Part shown: piece after piece, positions 60,199-64,000 of the stretch
Position numbering within the stretch: the stretch's first letter is position 1
How the letters are laid out: each line of letters opens with the position of its first letter
IMG/VR virus record: IMGVR_UViG_3300046167_000888
From: a virus
DNA length: 64,000 nt
Reading direction: 5' to 3' (one strand)
The notes under the pieces: generated by a model
What the model was told of the DNA's origin: nothing
Database searches by the model: none
The model's input: the letters and a program-made list of their open reading frames with translations, nothing else
Program-made: the position numbers and the translations under genes

Positions 60199-61566
60199 AT
60201 GAAAATAGATCATATATTTGTAATTAATTTAAATACACCTGATGAAGAGATAATCAAACGATTAGGATCAATTCAATGGCCATATAAAATTCCTTACTAC
60301 ATACTACCAGCTACTAATGGTTGGGAGGCAGTAAACGATAAAAGTAAAGCACACCATGATTTTAAACTAGCAGATTGGTGGAAAATACAAGGTGAAACAT
60401 CATCTAAAAATGCTAGTTTTTATACTAGAGATGTAACACCAGGTGAAGCAGGTTGTATGCTATCCCATTATCAATGTATTTACAATGCATATAAAGACGG
60501 ATTAAATAACATATTAATATTTGAGGAAGATTTTTACTCATATGGTAAATTTCCTACACAAGCAGAATTTGATTCAATCCCAGTAGATGCTAGTTTAGTT
60601 TATTTAGATAGAAGCCAACAGTGTCCTGATTGGGATGAACACCGAGTTAATGATTACGTTACTAAAGTAGGATACACTTATAATAATCATGCTTATGTTA
60701 TGACTAGAAAGGGTATGAAAGAGGTACTCGATTCAGCTATATTAAATAATATTATAGTTAGTGATGAATTCTTCCCTGCTATAAATGGTACTAGTGATAG
60801 AAAAGATGCTGTTAGAATATTCCATAATGAAAGTTTCCAAGCATATGCTTTAAATGGAGGTTATTTTGGTCAAACATCCAATCCAAATATTAATGCATTA
60901 ACTGAATTTCCACCTGAATATGTTAATAATTTAAATAAACCTGTAGATAAAATACCTGAGATATTAGATGATAGTGATTGGGATGCTTATTGTAAAAAAT
61001 ATATTAACCCACAAATAATAAATCAGGAGTACGATTTAATTATAGATGAACCAGCACCTTGTGTTTATGAATTTCCATTCTTTAATAAACGTTTTTGTAA
61101 GCAACTAATACAATTAGGTGAAAAATTTGAATGGACAACAGGTAGACATAAATTCTACCCAACAACAGATAACGTACTTGAGGTATTAGGTATGGATAAA
61201 ATTTATAATAAATTAATAAATCAATTTGTAAGACCATTAGCAATAAACAGATATGGATTAGAAGGTAAAACATGGGATCATTTAGCTGATGAAACATTTA
61301 TTATTAAATATCCTCATGATGCACAGGCACATTTAAGTTTACATCATGATCATGCTAGTATAACTACATTAGTTAATTTAAATCCAGGTGAATTTGAAGG
61401 TGGGGGTACATATTTTCCAAGATGGAAAACATTAATTAATCCAGAAGAAATAGGTACAATGACACTACATCCAAGTAATATAACTCATAAACATGGAGCT
61501 AGACCAGTAACTAAGGGTACAAGATACGTTGTAGTATCATTTATTAAAAATACAGACTTACAATAA
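60199..61566 (+). CDS. Fusion of GT25 (COLGALT-like) glycosyltransferase and PLOD-like lysyl hydroxylase domain
   Basis: IFVINL, TPGEAGCMLSHY, LIFEEDF, AYVM..DEFFP; then VYEFPFF..FC, PTTD, FIIKY, LHHD, EGGGT, HPSNITHKHG, GTRYVVVSF. Confidence 0.8.
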   Translation: MKIDHIFVINLNTPDEEIIKRLGSIQWPYKIPYYILPATNGWEAVNDKSKAHHDFKLADWWKIQGETSSKNASFYTRDVTPGEAGCMLSHYQCIYNAYKDGLNNILIFEEDFYSYGKFPTQAEFDSIPVDASLVYLDRSQQCPDWDEHRVNDYVTKVGYTYNNHAYVMTRKGMKEVLDSAILNNIIVSDEFFPAINGTSDRKDAVRIFHNESFQAYALNGGYFGQTSNPNINALTEFPPEYVNNLNKPVDKIPEILDDSDWDAYCKKYINPQIINQEYDLIIDEPAPCVYEFPFFNKRFCKQLIQLGEKFEWTTGRHKFYPTTDNVLEVLGMDKIYNKLINQFVRPLAINRYGLEGKTWDHLADETFIIKYPHDAQAHLSLHHDHASITTLVNLNPGEFEGGGTYFPRWKTLINPEEIGTMTLHPSNITHKHGARPVTKGTRYVVVSFIKNTDLQ

Positions 61567-61576
61567 AAATAATATT

Positions 61577-62138
61577 ATGATAATAATAGATAATTTCGTA
61601 CAAGACCAAATATTAATGGATGAAATAATCCATGATAAAACATTCTTTGGACCCAATGGGAAACTTTATGTGGTGGGATGGATGGTGGAATAGTGGAGCA
61701 ACCACTGTTAAGAAAAGATTAATTGAATACCTATGGAGATATCATTCACCAGATAAATCATATGACATAAGTGGGTTTGAATATTGGACAGGTGTTTATG
61801 GTGATGGACATCCTAATACTGATTTGGGTTGGCATTTTGATAAAGATGAATTACATTGGAAACGAACAGATCAACAAGAAGTAATTACACCAGTAATTGG
61901 AACAGTATTCTATCCAAGGTCAACAGAGCATGATGGTGGTTATTTAGAAATTGAGAGAGCAAATGGTGAGGTAGAACGTATTGAACCTAAATTTAATCGT
62001 TTAGTTATATTTAATGCAGGTGAAGACAAACATAGAGTAACACGAGTAACTAATGGTGTGAGATATGCTATTGCAATTAACTTATGGTTAACAGTACCAG
62101 TTGCAGCACAAGAAGGTTTAATGACAATAGAAAAATAA
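61577..62138 (+). CDS. 2OG-Fe(II) (prolyl-hydroxylase-like) oxygenase; 1-nt frameshift near 61658-61660
   Basis: MIIIDNF start at 61577; WHFDKDE, GGYL, PKFNRLVIF, HRV, R.AIAINLW. Confidence 0.75.
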
Positions 62139-62142
62139 TAAT

Positions 62143-63243
62143 ATGAAAATAATGTTTTGGGTTGGTTACTCTAATCCTATTTGGGATAAAGGTGATTGGA
62201 TGAATAGTGGAATGGGTGGAAGTGAATATTGCGTTATTAAACTAGCGGATTACTTAGACTTAAAAGGGCATGATGTTACAATTAGTGGTGATGTAAAAAC
62301 AAAGAATTGGCATGGTGTAAAATATATTCATCATAACGAGTTGCTACAACATAGAGGACCAAGAGGCATTGTAAAACAAGATATTGAAGTATATGAACAT
62401 TATGATGTTGTTATTGCAATTAATTACTTACACTTCTTTAAACACTTAGAGGACGCACTTATAGATTATGACAAGGCTTACTTTTGGATGCATAACGAAG
62501 ACTTCTATAAATGGTATAGAGGAACTACATTACATGAGTGGGAACAATACATTACACATCCTAAATTAAATAAAATCGTTGGTGTATCTAAATATCATAT
62601 TGACGAACATTTAAAACCCAAATTCAAAGCTCTTGGCTACACACCTCAACAACTTACTACGTATATACATTCTATAGATAATGCTATTGATTTAAATGAT
62701 TATAAGAATCGGTCATTTCAAGGCAAAATTAAGAACCGAATAATATGGAGTTCAACACCCGATAGGGGATTAAATCTATTATTAGATAATTGGGTGCATT
62801 GGAAACAACAAGTACCAGATTTGTCATTGGAGATATGTTGTCCGCCTTATGGGGTAAATTGGATGAATAGGAATGTAGATGATTTGGAGGATGTAAATTG
62901 GCAAGGTGCTAGGTGTCCAAATGATTTAAAGAAGGAAATTGCTAAAGCGGAATATTGGATTTATGCCTCGGATTATACAGAGACATATTGTATAACAGCG
63001 CTTGAAATGATGATGGGTAGAGTTAAGTTAATACATAATGGAACAGGTAACTTGGGAGCGCTAATTGGAGATACTAGAGGCACGATGATTGAGGGGCTAG
63101 ATGCGGATAAGATAATCCAGACCATTGTGAATGATAATAATGATCCAAAACCAATGTCGGATAAAGCAGCGGTAGCTAATACGTTTGCTATGGAACAAAA
63201 TTGGAATACACGTGTGGATGAGTGGATTGAATTAATTAAGTAA
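62143..63243 (+). CDS. GT-B (GT4-like) glycosyltransferase
   Basis: GMGGSE, SSTPDRGL, ETYCITALE. Confidence 0.85.
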   Translation: MKIMFWVGYSNPIWDKGDWMNSGMGGSEYCVIKLADYLDLKGHDVTISGDVKTKNWHGVKYIHHNELLQHRGPRGIVKQDIEVYEHYDVVIAINYLHFFKHLEDALIDYDKAYFWMHNEDFYKWYRGTTLHEWEQYITHPKLNKIVGVSKYHIDEHLKPKFKALGYTPQQLTTYIHSIDNAIDLNDYKNRSFQGKIKNRIIWSSTPDRGLNLLLDNWVHWKQQVPDLSLEICCPPYGVNWMNRNVDDLEDVNWQGARCPNDLKKEIAKAEYWIYASDYTETYCITALEMMMGRVKLIHNGTGNLGALIGDTRGTMIEGLDADKIIQTIVNDNNDPKPMSDKAAVANTFAMEQNWNTRVDEWIELIK

Positions 63244-64000
63244 ACGCGGTTTAAACGCGCCAAAATCAATGGCGATAGATGTAATGACAAGCAATTGTAA
63301 CGCAAGTTAAACGCAATATAAACCGCAAATTTCGCCTGGAATAATATGCTATAGCGTTTGAAACGCAAAAGTGTGACAATATAAATCTACGTATGTCACA
63401 ATATCAACAACTAATTACATTTGGATATAAACATATGCTTACATATGACAAGTTTATCGTGTGGTATATAGGATAAATCAAGGTGGGTGTTAACCCCTAT
63501 GCATCGCAAGCCAACCCTCTTCGACTCGAACGATATATACTTGTGAACAATGCAGATCCTGCAATGTGCACCAATGAACATTAAATTAAACATGAATATA
63601 CGCAATATACTTGTGACACATGGGGATACTGCAAGGCCCGTGGGTTTCACAACGAAATACAAACGTAATTGGTAATAATTTGGCTGCCGTAATGTAATTT
63701 CGTATATTTAAGTGTGTGTTGATATGGAGGTGTATAGGCAATCCAGCGATAAACATAACCGTGTACAAATCTACTCATACGGTAAAACATATTTACACAT
63801 GAATTATTAATACGGTAGTAAACAAGGCATGATACCTTATGCCATGATATTTTACACCGTACACCTTATTACATCCATACTACATACTGGAATATTATTA
63901 TATACATTATTTATCCCCCGCCGGCGTACGTATGCATATATATGTTAATATCCCATGCGTATTGATGTCCATATATGCGTGGATATATGAGAAAAAGGTT
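63244..64000. other. Long non-coding region with short repeats
   Basis: No credible ORF; AAACGC repeats; TGTGACA/TGTCACA inverted pair. Confidence 0.55.
63679..63710 (+). promoter_or_regulatory. Repeated promoter motif with no downstream ORF in window
   Basis: TTTGG..TCGTATATTTA. Confidence 0.65.

Noticed and set aside
63241-63400. CRISPR array or CRP site in the non-coding region
   Set aside because: Repeats are only 5-7 nt and irregularly spaced; TGTGA..TCACA spacing is far longer than the 6 nt of a CRP site
2898-63768. All minus-strand ORFs and nested alternative-frame ORFs in the track
   Set aside because: Short shadows of strong + strand genes or of non-coding sequence, with no recognisable motifs
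1-64000. Alternative genetic code (stop-codon reassignment)
   Set aside because: Core genes are full length in code 11; breaks are frame changes, not in-frame stops

Overview
AT-rich, gene-dense 64 kb segment of a large lytic dsDNA bacteriophage (T4-like/jumbo myovirus-type replication gene set), with all credible genes on the + strand in the standard code. The host is most likely Bacteroidota/Flavobacteriia, judged from a T9SS C-terminal sorting signal, Bacteroidota-like promoters and AT-rich translation starts. Contents in order: a compact family A DNA polymerase, SSB, RecA/UvsX, 5'-3' exonuclease, helicase and class Ia RNR (0.3-9.2 kb); an unusual block of signal-peptide proteins (PA14-dockerin, cohesin-dockerin, cohesin-T9SS CTD, CsgG-like, outer-membrane barrels; 9.2-16.8 kb); a 7-deazaguanine pathway (TGT/DpdA-like, QueC, QueD, QueE, FolE) with two tRNAs, a PRTase and a MazG-like enzyme (20-28 kb); a split family B polymerase, clamp, clamp loader and chaperones (28-39 kb); a glycosylation island (40-49 kb); small promoter-driven early-type genes (49-58 kb); more glycosyltransferases/oxygenases, including a COLGALT-like + PLOD-like fusion (58-63 kb); and a non-coding end. 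Several single-base frameshifts, mostly in homopolymers, look like sequencing errors. All assignments come from motif recognition by eye; no database searches were run.
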